Shown here piece after piece: positions 29,499 to 39,337 of a stretch of DNA of 64,000 nt. The notes under the pieces are model-generated. The model saw nothing but the letters and a program-made list of their open reading frames with translations, was not told the DNA's origin and searched no databases. The stretch covers positions 64,001 through 128,000 of the forward strand of contig OZ242320.1 of assembly GCA_965208125.1 (NCBI GenBank), in the 5' to 3' direction. This DNA is from Candidatus Latescibacterota bacterium. GTDB lineage: Bacteria > Latescibacterota > UBA2968. Position numbers and translations under genes: made by a program. Position 1 is the first letter of the stretch; every line of letters starts with the position of its first letter.

Positions 29499-30497
29499 AT
29501 GGCAAGACCAGTTACGTTATTCACCGGACAGTGGGCGGACTTGACACTGGAAGTCATGTTGCAAAAAGCCAGAGATTTTGGCTATGACGGCGTGGAACTC
29601 GCCTGTTGGGGCGACCACATGGACGTGCGTGAAGCCGCATCGAATGACGGCTATGTGCGCGAAAAAAAAGAATTACTCGAACAATACGGCATGCAGTGCT
29701 TTGCCATTAGCAATCACCTGGCAGGGCAGGCAGTATGCGACAACATCGACGAACGGCACGAGGCGATTTTGCCGCCCCATGTGTGGGGCGATGGCGATCC
29801 CGAAGGCGTGCGACAACGCGCCGCCGAAGAAATGATAGCAACAGCCGAAGCCGCAAAAGCCATGGGCCTGACCGTGGTCAATGGCTTTACCGGATCCTCA
29901 ATCTGGCACCTGTTGTATTCTTTCCCCCCCGTGTCACCCGATCAGATTGACGCGGGATTTAGCGACTTTGCCGATCGCTGGAACCCGATTCTGGATGTCT
30001 TCCAAAAGAACGACGTGCGATTCGCACTCGAAGTGCATCCAACGGAAATTGCGTTTGATATTGCTTCATCTGCCCGGGCATTAGAGGCACTGGAGAACCG
30101 ACCGGAATTTGGCTTCAATTACGACCCCAGCCATCTGGTCTATCAAAATGTGGATTATGTCGGCTTTATCCGCGAGTTTAGCGACCGGATCTATCACGTC
30201 CACATGAAAGACTCTTACCTGTCGCTCACCCCCAAACGAGCGGGTATATTTGGCGGACATACTAATTTTGGCGACCCGGACCGCAGTTGGGATTTCCGCT
30301 CAGTGGGTCGCGGCAGCGTGGATTTCGAAGAAATCATTCGCGCATTAAACGACATTGGCTACGATGGACCGCTCTCAGTCGAGTGGGAAGATTCCGGTAT
30401 GGACCGCGAACACGGCGCGACCGAATCCTGCGCCTTTGTCAATGAGATCGACTTTGAACCCTCAGAAGTGGCATTTGACGCGGCGTTTGAAGAATAG
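29499..30497 (+). CDS. sugar phosphate isomerase/epimerase (AP endonuclease 2 TIM barrel)
   Basis: [34 protein letters not shown]. Confidence 0.9.
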   Translation: MARPVTLFTGQWADLTLEVMLQKARDFGYDGVELACWGDHMDVREAASNDGYVREKKELLEQYGMQCFAISNHLAGQAVCDNIDERHEAILPPHVWGDGDPEGVRQRAAEEMIATAEAAKAMGLTVVNGFTGSSIWHLLYSFPPVSPDQIDAGFSDFADRWNPILDVFQKNDVRFALEVHPTEIAFDIASSARALEALENRPEFGFNYDPSHLVYQNVDYVGFIREFSDRIYHVHMKDSYLSLTPKRAGIFGGHTNFGDPDRSWDFRSVGRGSVDFEEIIRALNDIGYDGPLSVEWEDSGMDREHGATESCAFVNEIDFEPSEVAFDAAFEE

Positions 30498-30570
30498 CTT
30501 TCAGCAATCAACTTTCAGCGGTCAGCCCTCCCATCCACCACCCAAACAGGGCGGAATAGTGAGGGCTGAC
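30497..30570. repeat. heptamer array plus 10-bp stem element
   Basis: TCAGCAA TCAACTT TCAGCGG TCAGC; GTCAGCCCTC (30521-30530) pairs with GAGGGCTGAC (30561-30570). Confidence 0.65.
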
Positions 30571-30588
30571 ATTTTTTTGGGGAACACA

Positions 30589-32142
30589 ATGGCACGCTAT
30601 CTATTTCTCGCAATATTGATGCTAATAACCGCTTGCGGACAACAGACCGGACGCACGGTCGTCTTTGGGCGCGGCGGCGATTCCGTGGGACTGGATCCCG
30701 CACTGGAGACAGACGGCGAATCGTTTAAAGTATGCGATAATATTTACGAAACACTCGTCGCATTTGTGCCCGAACGCACTGACCTCGCACCCGGATTAGC
30801 GACTTCCTGGCAAGCGTCAGAAGATGGATTGACCTGGACATTTCAGTTGCGCGAAAACGTCGTCTTTCACGACGGCACGCCCTTTAATGCCGATGCCGTC
30901 GTCTTTTCACTCGCGCGGCAATTCAAACCCGACCACCCTTTCAACAAAGTAGAAGGCGCGTATCAATATTGGGCAGGCATGTCCATGAGCGACATCGTAC
31001 AAGATGTCCGCAAAATAGACGACATGACCGTATCCATTGACCTGAAACGCCCTAACGCACCCTTCCTCGCAAATCTGACAATGAATTTTTGCGCCATCGT
31101 CAGCCCCGTTGCCGTCGAAAAATGGGGAGCTGATTTTGCGCGGCACCCGGTGGGCACGGGGCCATTTCGCTTTGTCGAATGGATTAAAGATGACCGCGTG
31201 GTATTAGAACGCAACCCCGATTATTGGGGACCAGCCCCAAAAATTGATCGCCTGATTTTTAGAAGCATTCCCGAAAACTCCGTCCGACTAATCGCGCTAA
31301 CCCAGGGATCTATCGACGGCATGGACAACCTCGTACCAGACTTCTTACCGACAATTGAATCAGACGAAAACCTCGCCTTGCTGTCCCAGCCGGGGATGAA
31401 CGTGGGCTATCTGGCGATGAACATGGACAAAGAACCATTCCAGAACCTCAATGTGCGGCGCGCCATAAACCACGCAATCAACAAACAAGCCCTGATCGAC
31501 AACCTGTACCAGGGCCTGGCCATTCCAGCGGTCAATCCCATTCCGCCGACGGTCTGGAGTTATCGGCAAGAAACACCCGGCTATGAATACGACCCGGAAA
31601 AAGCCCGAACACTCCTATCCGACGCGGGATTTCCAAACGGATTCAAAACCACCCTCTGGGCCATGCCCGTACCGCGTCCCTATATGCCACAACCCCAAAA
31701 AATCGCCCAGGCAATCCAGGCCGATTTACAAACAGTTGGCATCGAAGCTGAAATCGTCTCTTATGAATGGGGGACATATCTGGACAAAGTCCAGCGCGGG
31801 CAGCACGATATGGCATTGCTGGGCTGGACCGGAGACAACGGCGACCCCGACAACTTCCTCTATATTCTGCTGGACAAAAGCGCGACCCAAATGCCAGCCA
31901 ATAATATTGCATTTTATCGCAGTGACCCGTTGCACGACGTATTGGTGGCCGCTCAAAAAGAATCCGACAAAGCAAAACGCACGGCCCTGTATCAAAAAGC
32001 ACAAGAAATCGTCTTTCACGACGCCCCCTGGGTTCCCCTGGTCCACGCAACCCAAACAGCGGCATTCCGCACCCGCGTCAAAGGCTTTAAGCTACACCCC
32101 ACAGGGAGCAAATGGTTTCACGATGTGATGATTGAAGAGTAA
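30589..32142 (+). CDS. dppA: dipeptide-type ABC transporter substrate-binding lipoprotein
   Basis: Lipobox LITAC; LDPA, NIYETLV, PVGTGPF, WAMPVPRPY, GWTGDNGDPDNF. Confidence 0.85.
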   Translation: MARYLFLAILMLITACGQQTGRTVVFGRGGDSVGLDPALETDGESFKVCDNIYETLVAFVPERTDLAPGLATSWQASEDGLTWTFQLRENVVFHDGTPFNADAVVFSLARQFKPDHPFNKVEGAYQYWAGMSMSDIVQDVRKIDDMTVSIDLKRPNAPFLANLTMNFCAIVSPVAVEKWGADFARHPVGTGPFRFVEWIKDDRVVLERNPDYWGPAPKIDRLIFRSIPENSVRLIALTQGSIDGMDNLVPDFLPTIESDENLALLSQPGMNVGYLAMNMDKEPFQNLNVRRAINHAINKQALIDNLYQGLAIPAVNPIPPTVWSYRQETPGYEYDPEKARTLLSDAGFPNGFKTTLWAMPVPRPYMPQPQKIAQAIQADLQTVGIEAEIVSYEWGTYLDKVQRGQHDMALLGWTGDNGDPDNFLYILLDKSATQMPANNIAFYRSDPLHDVLVAAQKESDKAKRTALYQKAQEIVFHDAPWVPLVHATQTAAFRTRVKGFKLHPTGSKWFHDVMIEE

Positions 32143-32190
32143 GCGATCAGTGTATCGGACATCTTTTTTAGGGCATAGAAAATCACACAG

Positions 32191-32224
32191 AAGCCTAACG
32201 GCCTCTCCAAACCGTTGGGCTTTT
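32191..32224 (+). terminator. intrinsic terminator after dppA
   Basis: AGCCTAACGG/CCGTTGGGCT + TTT. Confidence 0.7.
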
Positions 32225-32390
32225 CCTATTAGAGCCACAATGGAACAGGTCAAAAGATTTCATTTTAAAAATTGCCTATCAGTGTGGATTTGCGTCTTTA
32301 TCGACTTTTAGCAGAGTGTGCAAGGCAAAAATAAAACCACATATTAAAAAAATGGAAACCGGGACAAATTCTGAACGTTAGGACAAAGGT

Positions 32391-32406
32391 TTGGCATTGA
32401 CTTTGC
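32391..32406 (+). promoter_or_regulatory. putative sigma54 (-24/-12) promoter
   Basis: TTGGCATTGACTTTGC = GG-N10-GC. Confidence 0.45.
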
Positions 32407-32582
32407 GAACGTTTGTGTAAACTTTTTTATATCTATCTGAAAAAAGTATCATTCAAGCAAATTAAAGTATCTCAGATTGATGCCAACACGCGCTATTGAT
32501 TAAAAAAAGGCCCAAGCAACCCGTTAGGCAAATCTGTTCACACTATTGTGTGATTGCAGTCCTTAAATGAAAAGAGAAACCA

Positions 32583-35500
32583 ATGCGTAACCTGATTTTG
32601 TTCACACTATCCACACTCGCGTTTTTGATACATCCGCTATTTCTTCCAGCGCAAAATAGCTTTTCTTTTTCGATAGATGTGAACACTGCGGCGGGTGATC
32701 AAGCGGTCACATCTGTTAATGTGTCCCCGGACTTTGATGGCGATGGTATGGTTGGCTTCTCTGACTTTTTAGCGCTTGCAGGTCAGTTCGGATCACGTCA
32801 GGGCGATGGGAGATATGAAGCAAAGTATGATCTGGACAGCGACGGCGCAATTGGATTTTCCGATTTTCTGATCTTCACTGCCAGCTTTGGCAAAGAGGTA
32901 TCTTCCCCAAACGTTGGCATTCCAGATGCTAACCTGCGCGCAGTCATTGCGGACAATCTCGGCAAAGCGAGCGATGCGCCAATCACGCAGGCAGAGATGG
33001 CGACCTTAACTCGCCTCGAAGCACCGAACGAGAATATTCGCGATCTAACCGGGCTTGAGTTTGCAATTAACCTGACAGAGTTGAACTTTGGTGCAGGGGA
33101 TATAGTGAACAGCAACGAAATATCCAACCTTTCGCCACTATCTAATTTGACCAGTCTGGAACGGCTGTTTCTTGGCAGCAGCAGCATATCGAATGTGACG
33201 CCGCTATCTAATTTGACCAGCTTAAAATTGTTGTATCTTTCCTACAACAACATATCTGATGTGGCACCGCTATCCAACTTGACCAGTCTGGAACGGCTGT
33301 ATCTCGTCAGCAACAGCATATCGGATGTGACGCCGCTATCTAACTTAACCAACCTGAGATCGCTGACTCTTTCCGGTAACAGCATATCTGATGTGACGCC
33401 ACTATCCAACTTGACCAGTCTGGAAGTGCTGAGTCTTTCCAGCAACAGCATATCGAATGTGACGCCACTATCTAACTTAACCAGTCTGGAAGCGCTGTTT
33501 CTTGACAACAACAGCATATCAAATGTGACACCGCTGTCTAATTTGACCAGCCTGGAAGAGCTGGATCTTTCCAACAACAGCATATCAGACCTCGCGCCGC
33601 TGGTGGCAAACACGGGATTGGGTAGTGGAGATGAGGTGGTGGTGGAGAACAACCCCTTGAGTGCCACATCAATCAACACACACATCCCAGCCCTTCAGAG
33701 CAGAGGGGGTAGTGTACGCTACTCCCGTAGTGGCGGTGGTGGCAGTACAACGAATGTTGCTATTCCAGATGCGAATCTACGTGTTGTTATCGAGGGTAGT
33801 CTCAGTAAGGCGAGCGGTGAGCCAATCACTCAGACAGAGATGGCGAGCTTAACTCACCTTGCGGCCCCAAACAAGAATATTCGCGATCTGACCGGGCTTG
33901 AGTTTGCAATTAACCTGATAACGTTAGACCTTGGTGATGCGGAAGTAGGAGGGCTGATGGTAAACAGCAACGAGATATCCAACCTGTCGCCGCTATCTAA
34001 CTTGACCAGGCTAAGAGTACTGAATCTTTCCGACAACAGTATATCGGATGTGACGCCACTATCTAACTTGACCAGCCTGAGAGAGCTGTTTCTTGGCAGC
34101 AACAGTATATCGGATGTGACGCCACTATCTAACTTGACCAGCCTGAGAGAGCTGTTTCTTTACAGCAACAGCATATCGGATGTGACGCCACTATCTAACT
34201 TGACCAGCTTGGAAGAGCTGTCTCTTCCAGGCAACAGCATATCTGATGTGGCACCGATATCTAACTTGACCAGCCTGAGAAAGCTGTTTCTTGGCAGCAA
34301 CAGTATATTGGATGTGGCACCGATATCTAATTTGACCAGCCTGGAAGGGCTGTCTCTTGAAAACAACAGCATATCGAATGTAACGCCACTATCTAATTTG
34401 ACCAATCTAAGAACCCTGAGTCTTTCCAGCAACGGCATATCGGACGTGACGCCGCTATCTAATTTGACCAGCCTGGAAGAGCTGTTTCTTTACAGCAACA
34501 GCATATCGAATGTAACGCCACTATCTAATTTGACCCGTCTGGTAACGCTGGGGCTTTCCGACAACAACATATCGGACGTGACGCCACTATCTAATTTGAC
34601 CCGTCTGGAATGGCTGGAGCTTTCCGATAACAGCATCTCAGACCTCGCGCCGCTGGTAGCAAACACGGGATTGGGTAGTGGAGATGAGGTTAATGTGAGT
34701 AACAACCCCTTGAGTACCACATCAATCAACACACACATTCCAGCCCTTCAGAGCAGAGGGGTTAGTGTACTCTACTCCCGTAGCAGTGGCGGTGGTGGGG
34801 GTGGTGGCAGTACAACGGACGTTTTCATTCCGGATGTAAGCCTGTATTGGGTCATTGCAAACAGTCTCGGCAAGGCATTCGGTGCGCCAATCACGCAGGC
34901 AGAGATGGCGACCTTAACTCGCCTTGATGCCTCGAACCTGGATATTCGCGATCTGACCGGACTTGAGTTTGCAATTAACCTGACAGAGTTGGTCCTCGGT
35001 GGAAACGAAGGGGGATTGTGGGAAGTGAACATCAATGAGCTATTCAACAACTTTTCGCTATTCTTGACCAATATAATAGAACAAACGATTAACTTTTCCT
35101 TCTACCTTTCCGGCAACAGCATATCGGATGTGACGCCACTATCTAACTTGACCAATCTAAGAGCCCTGGATCTTTCCTACAACAGCATATCGAATGTGGT
35201 ACCGCTATCTAACTTGACCAATCTAAGAGCCCTGGATCTTTCCGGCAACGGCATATCGGATGTGACGCCGCTATCTAACTTGACCAATCTAAGAGCCCTG
35301 AGTCTTTCCGGCAACGGCATATCGAATGTGACGCCACTTGTGACGCTTCTATCTAACTTGACCAATCTGGAAGTGCTGGATCTTTCCGGCAACGGCATAT
35401 CGAATGTGACGCCGCTTGTGACACCCCTATCTAACTTGACCAGGCTAAGGACCCTGAATCTTTCCTACAACGGCATATCGAATATGTCTGCACTGTCAGG

Positions 35501-36413
35501 ATTAACCAGTCTGGAATGGCTGGGGCTTTCCGGCAACAGCATATCGGATATGACACCCCTATCTAACTTGACCAATCTAAGAGCCCTGTCTTTTTCCGAC
35601 AACAGCATATCGAATCTGACGCCGCTTGTGACGCTTCTATCTAACTTGAATAACCTGATATTTTTGGATCTTTCCGGCACAAGCATATCGGATGTGACGC
35701 CGATATCTAACTTGACCAATCTAAGAACTCTGACTCTTAACGACAACAGCATATCGGATGTGACGCCACTATCCAACTTGACCAATCTAAGATGGCTGGG
35801 TCTTTACGACAACAGCATATCGAATGTGACGCCGATATCTAACTTGACCCGTCTGCAATTGCTGCTTCTTGACAACAACAGCATATCGGATGTGACGCCA
35901 CTATCCAACTTGACCAATCTAAGATGGCTGGGTCTTTACGACAACAGCATATCGAATGTGACACCGATATCTAACTTGACCCGTCTGGAAGTGCTGGAAC
36001 TTTCCGACAACAGCATATCAAATGTGACACCGATATCTAACTTAATCAACCTGAAATTGCTGGAACTTTCCGACAACAGCATATCGAATGTGACGCCGAT
36101 ATCTAACTTAATCAACCTGACAGGGTTGGAACTTGACAGTAACAGCATCTCAGACCTCGCGCCGCTGGTGGCAAACGCGGGATTGGGTGAAGGAGATTGG
36201 GTTGATGTGAGTAACAACCCCTTAAATGCCACATCAATCAACATACACATTCCAGCCCTTCAGAGCAGAGGGGTCGAGGTAGATTTTAGCGCATCGAAGC
36301 CCACGATGAAAAACAAAGAACTGAGGATGCCCCTCCGGATGATAGGACCGTTGGGGATAAAAAAATGGAAGGTGGGCGATAATTTGAGAAAAGGTCGCTT
36401 GAATAATTTTTGA
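32583..36413 (+). CDS. secreted internalin-like LRR protein with N-terminal dockerin-like EF-hand pair; three capped LRR modules
   Basis: Signal peptide; DFDGDGMVGFSDF/DLDSDGAIGFSDF; 22-aa LxxLxLxxNxISDVTPLSNLT repeats; three IPD.NL N-caps and LAPLVANTGL..NNPL C-caps. Confidence 0.92.
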   Translation: MRNLILFTLSTLAFLIHPLFLPAQNSFSFSIDVNTAAGDQAVTSVNVSPDFDGDGMVGFSDFLALAGQFGSRQGDGRYEAKYDLDSDGAIGFSDFLIFTASFGKEVSSPNVGIPDANLRAVIADNLGKASDAPITQAEMATLTRLEAPNENIRDLTGLEFAINLTELNFGAGDIVNSNEISNLSPLSNLTSLERLFLGSSSISNVTPLSNLTSLKLLYLSYNNISDVAPLSNLTSLERLYLVSNSISDVTPLSNLTNLRSLTLSGNSISDVTPLSNLTSLEVLSLSSNSISNVTPLSNLTSLEALFLDNNSISNVTPLSNLTSLEELDLSNNSISDLAPLVANTGLGSGDEVVVENNPLSATSINTHIPALQSRGGSVRYSRSGGGGSTTNVAIPDANLRVVIEGSLSKASGEPITQTEMASLTHLAAPNKNIRDLTGLEFAINLITLDLGDAEVGGLMVNSNEISNLSPLSNLTRLRVLNLSDNSISDVTPLSNLTSLRELFLGSNSISDVTPLSNLTSLRELFLYSNSISDVTPLSNLTSLEELSLPGNSISDVAPISNLTSLRKLFLGSNSILDVAPISNLTSLEGLSLENNSISNVTPLSNLTNLRTLSLSSNGISDVTPLSNLTSLEELFLYSNSISNVTPLSNLTRLVTLGLSDNNISDVTPLSNLTRLEWLELSDNSISDLAPLVANTGLGSGDEVNVSNNPLSTTSINTHIPALQSRGVSVLYSRSSGGGGGGGSTTDVFIPDVSLYWVIANSLGKAFGAPITQAEMATLTRLDASNLDIRDLTGLEFAINLTELVLGGNEGGLWEVNINELFNNFSLFLTNIIEQTINFSFYLSGNSISDVTPLSNLTNLRALDLSYNSISNVVPLSNLTNLRALDLSGNGISDVTPLSNLTNLRALSLSGNGISNVTPLVTLLSNLTNLEVLDLSGNGISNVTPLVTPLSNLTRLRTLNLSYNGISNMSALSGLTSLEWLGLSGNSISDMTPLSNLTNLRALSFSDNSISNLTPLVTLLSNLNNLIFLDLSGTSISDVTPISNLTNLRTLTLNDNSISDVTPLSNLTNLRWLGLYDNSISNVTPISNLTRLQLLLLDNNSISDVTPLSNLTNLRWLGLYDNSISNVTPISNLTRLEVLELSDNSISNVTPISNLINLKLLELSDNSISNVTPISNLINLTGLELDSNSISDLAPLVANAGLGEGDWVDVSNNPLNATSINIHIPALQSRGVEVDFSASKPTMKNKELRMPLRMIGPLGIKKWKVGDNLRKGRLNNF

Positions 36414-36502
36414 CACTTCGTTTTTCACACCACCGAGAAATCACTTTGTGGTCAGAAATAAAAACGGCAGTGGGCAATAACACCCACCGCCGTTTCTTTT
36501 TT
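36414..36502 (+). repeat. duplicated 3' flank with terminator (copy 1)
   Basis: Similar to 39249-39337; AAACGGCAGTGGG/CCCACCGCCGTTT hairpin + T-run. Confidence 0.8.
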
Positions 36503-36662
36503 GCGTGCATGCCCAATTGAGTTTGTTGGAAGTCTTGCGCGAAGATTATGGTATTTATTTCATAGCGACTGTTGCTCTGATCTCCAAAATCCTGTATCAT
36601 AACTTCTGTGAAACTTGTACACTGTCCGACAGAATTTTATCCTGATCCAGAGAATTGACATC

Positions 36663-37442
36663 ATGTCAGATACCACAACACAGTTGCATCCCGATCCCAA
36701 AGCCTGCGCTGTCGCCCGTGCGGTCTGCGACGTGGTCCATCCCAACACCGTCATCCTGTTCGGTTCCCGCGCCAGGGGCGACTTTACGCCCGATTCCGAT
36801 ATTGACCTGCTCATCATCACGGACTCCCGGCAGATAGACCGGCAGGAATACATGCGCACGAGTGAGGCGGCTCGCCGCAAAGTCCAGGAAGTTTACGGCC
36901 ACTCCATGGGCGTTGACCTCGTCCACCTGAGCGAGGACGTTTTCCACGACGGTCGCCGTGCCCGAAACCATGTCGCAGGGCAGGCTGTCCGCGATGGCGT
37001 CAATATACATGGCGCAAAAGTAATCTATGACAACCCGGAACCGACCAACTGGCCCGACATACGACAGCGAATCATCAATGCCGAACGAGAACTCCGCGTT
37101 CTGGAAGACCTGGTAGAGGCAAATTCGGCACCGGAGGCCATCGGCTTCCACGCCCAACAGGCCCTTGAAAACGCGCTAAAAGGCTGGATTTCGGCACTCG
37201 ATACCGACTACAAAAACACCCACGACCTATCCGACCTGGCCGCCATCATCCGAACCCATCCCGAAGAGAACGACACTCCCGCCGGTGAAAAGCTGACCTG
37301 GCTGACCGACTATGCCGTAAAATATCGCTATCACGGCACAGAGGTCAGCGTGGAAGATCGCTTCGAGTTGCTCGCTGCGGTGACCGAGACCGTAGAGACC
37401 ATCATCGCCCGCATTCGGACGCTGAGCAAAATGGCTGAGTAA
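36663..37442 (+). CDS. MNT nucleotidyltransferase-HEPN fusion protein
   Basis: ILFGSRARGD..DSDIDLL; GFHAQQALENALKG..THDL..YAVKYRY. Confidence 0.85.
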   Translation: MSDTTTQLHPDPKACAVARAVCDVVHPNTVILFGSRARGDFTPDSDIDLLIITDSRQIDRQEYMRTSEAARRKVQEVYGHSMGVDLVHLSEDVFHDGRRARNHVAGQAVRDGVNIHGAKVIYDNPEPTNWPDIRQRIINAERELRVLEDLVEANSAPEAIGFHAQQALENALKGWISALDTDYKNTHDLSDLAAIIRTHPEENDTPAGEKLTWLTDYAVKYRYHGTEVSVEDRFELLAAVTETVETIIARIRTLSKMAE

Positions 37443-37730
37443 ACGACCTCTTCGCGTCCGAACGGTCAGTCACCACAAGGGCGACATGTTCCCAAGTCGT
37501 TCTATGCCAATGAAATATGGTACGCAATACGGTTTGTTGACACCCTTTTGGATTTGGACTATATTGCTTGAAAGATCACTCTATTTTTTTCAAATGCGAC
37601 CTTATGGCACGCGAACATAACAGATTCCACGATTTGTAAAGGAAGAAATAATAATAATTTAAATCCAGACCGGAGTTTCATAATATCAAAAAAATTGTGT
37701 GACTGAAGTCTTAAATGAAAAGAAAAACCT

Positions 37731-39248
37731 ATGCGTAACCTGATTTTGTTCACACTATCCACACTCGCGTTTTTGATACATCCGTTGTCTCTTCCAGCGC
37801 AAAATAGCTTTTCTTTTTCCATAGGGGAGAACACTGCGGCGGGTGATCAAGCGGTCACATCTGTTAATGTGTCCCCGGACTTTGATGGCGATGGTATAGT
37901 TGGCTTCTCTGACTTTTTGGCGTTTGCAGGTCAGTTCGGATCACGTCAGGGCGATGGGAGATATGAAGCAAAGTATGATCTGGACAGCGACGGCGCAATT
38001 GGATTTTCCGATTTTCTGATCTTCACTGCCAGCTTTGGCAAAGAGGTATCTCCCCCTGATGGTGCAACGCAGGTTGCCATCCCTGATACAAATCTGCGTG
38101 TGGTCATTGCGGACAGTCTCGGCAAGGCGAGCGATGCACCAATCACGCAGGCAGAGATGGCGACCTTAACTCGCCTTGCTGCCTCGAACAAGAATATTCG
38201 CGATCTAACCGGGCTTGAGTTTGCAACCAATCTGACAGCGTTGGATCTCGGTGGAGCGTTTGTGGGAGGGGAGTGGGTAAACAGTAACGAGATATCCAAC
38301 CTTTCGCCACTATCTAATTTGACCAGTCTGGAAACGCTGGTTCTTGAAAACAACAGTATATCGGATGTGACGCCACTATCTAACATGACCAGGCTAATAC
38401 GGCTGGATCTTTCCAGCAACAACATATCGAATGTGACGCCACTATCTAACTTGACCAGCTTGGAATGGCTGTGGCTTAACAACAACAGCATATCGAATCT
38501 GACCGGGCTTGAGTTTGCAACTAATCTGACAGTGTTGGATCTCGGTGGAGCGTATGTGGGAGGGGAGTGGGTAAACAGTAACGAGATATCCAACCTTTCG
38601 CCACTATCTAATTTGACCAGTTTGGAACGGCTGTATCTTGACAACAACAGCATATCGGATGTGACGCCACTATCTAACCTGATCAGGCTAATACGGCTAT
38701 ATCTTGATAGCAACAACATATCGAATGTGACGCCACTATCTAACATGACCAGTTTGGAACGGCTGGTTCTTGGCAACAACAGCATATCGAATGTGACACC
38801 ACTATCTAACTTGACCAGCTTGGAATGGCTGGGTCTTGACAGCAACAGCATATCGAATGTGACACCACTATCTAACTTGACCAGCTTGGAATGGCTGGGT
38901 CTTGGCAACAACAGCATATCGAATGTGACACCACTATCTAACATGACCAGTTTGGAGCGGCTGTGGCTTAACAACAACAGCATCTCAGACCTCGCGCCGC
39001 TGGTGGCAAACACGGGATTGGGTAGTGGAGATAAGGTTGATGTGAGCAACAACCCCTTGAGTGCCACATCAATCAACATACACATTCCAGCCCTTGAGAG
39101 CAGAGGGGTTGAGGTAGATTTTAGAGCATCGAAGCCCACGGTGAAAAACAAAGAACTGAGGATGCCCTTCCGGATGATAGAACCGTTTGGGATGAAAAAA
39201 TGGAAGGTGGACGATAATTTGAGAAAAGGCCGCTTGAATAATTTTTGA
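37731..39248 (+). CDS. paralogous LRR/dockerin-like secreted protein
   Basis: First ~325 nt and C-terminal tail near-identical to 32583..36413; one LRR module with 294-bp internal duplication. Confidence 0.92.
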   Translation: MRNLILFTLSTLAFLIHPLSLPAQNSFSFSIGENTAAGDQAVTSVNVSPDFDGDGIVGFSDFLAFAGQFGSRQGDGRYEAKYDLDSDGAIGFSDFLIFTASFGKEVSPPDGATQVAIPDTNLRVVIADSLGKASDAPITQAEMATLTRLAASNKNIRDLTGLEFATNLTALDLGGAFVGGEWVNSNEISNLSPLSNLTSLETLVLENNSISDVTPLSNMTRLIRLDLSSNNISNVTPLSNLTSLEWLWLNNNSISNLTGLEFATNLTVLDLGGAYVGGEWVNSNEISNLSPLSNLTSLERLYLDNNSISDVTPLSNLIRLIRLYLDSNNISNVTPLSNMTSLERLVLGNNSISNVTPLSNLTSLEWLGLDSNSISNVTPLSNLTSLEWLGLGNNSISNVTPLSNMTSLERLWLNNNSISDLAPLVANTGLGSGDKVDVSNNPLSATSINIHIPALESRGVEVDFRASKPTVKNKELRMPFRMIEPFGMKKWKVDDNLRKGRLNNF

Positions 39249-39337
39249 TACCTCGGTTTTCGCACCACCGAGAAATCATTTTGTAGTCGAAAATAAAAAA
39301 CGGCGATAGGCATAACACCCACCGCCGTTTCTTTTTG
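39249..39337 (+). repeat. duplicated 3' flank with terminator (copy 2)
   Basis: Similar to 36414-36502. Confidence 0.8.

Noticed and set aside
32231-32240. AGCCACA at the left edge of the LRR island as an arm-type site
   Set aside because: A single 7-mer is expected by chance; no partner seen at the right edge
33100-36150. 66-bp periodic repeats as a CRISPR array
   Set aside because: In-frame LRR codons in one ORF; no unique spacers and no cas genes
32583-39248. Diversity-generating retroelement acting on the LRR genes
   Set aside because: No reverse transcriptase in the window and variation is not confined to adenines
37946-39322. 458-aa minus-strand ORF and similar ORFs at 32798-36250
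   Set aside because: Antisense shadows of the LRR repeats
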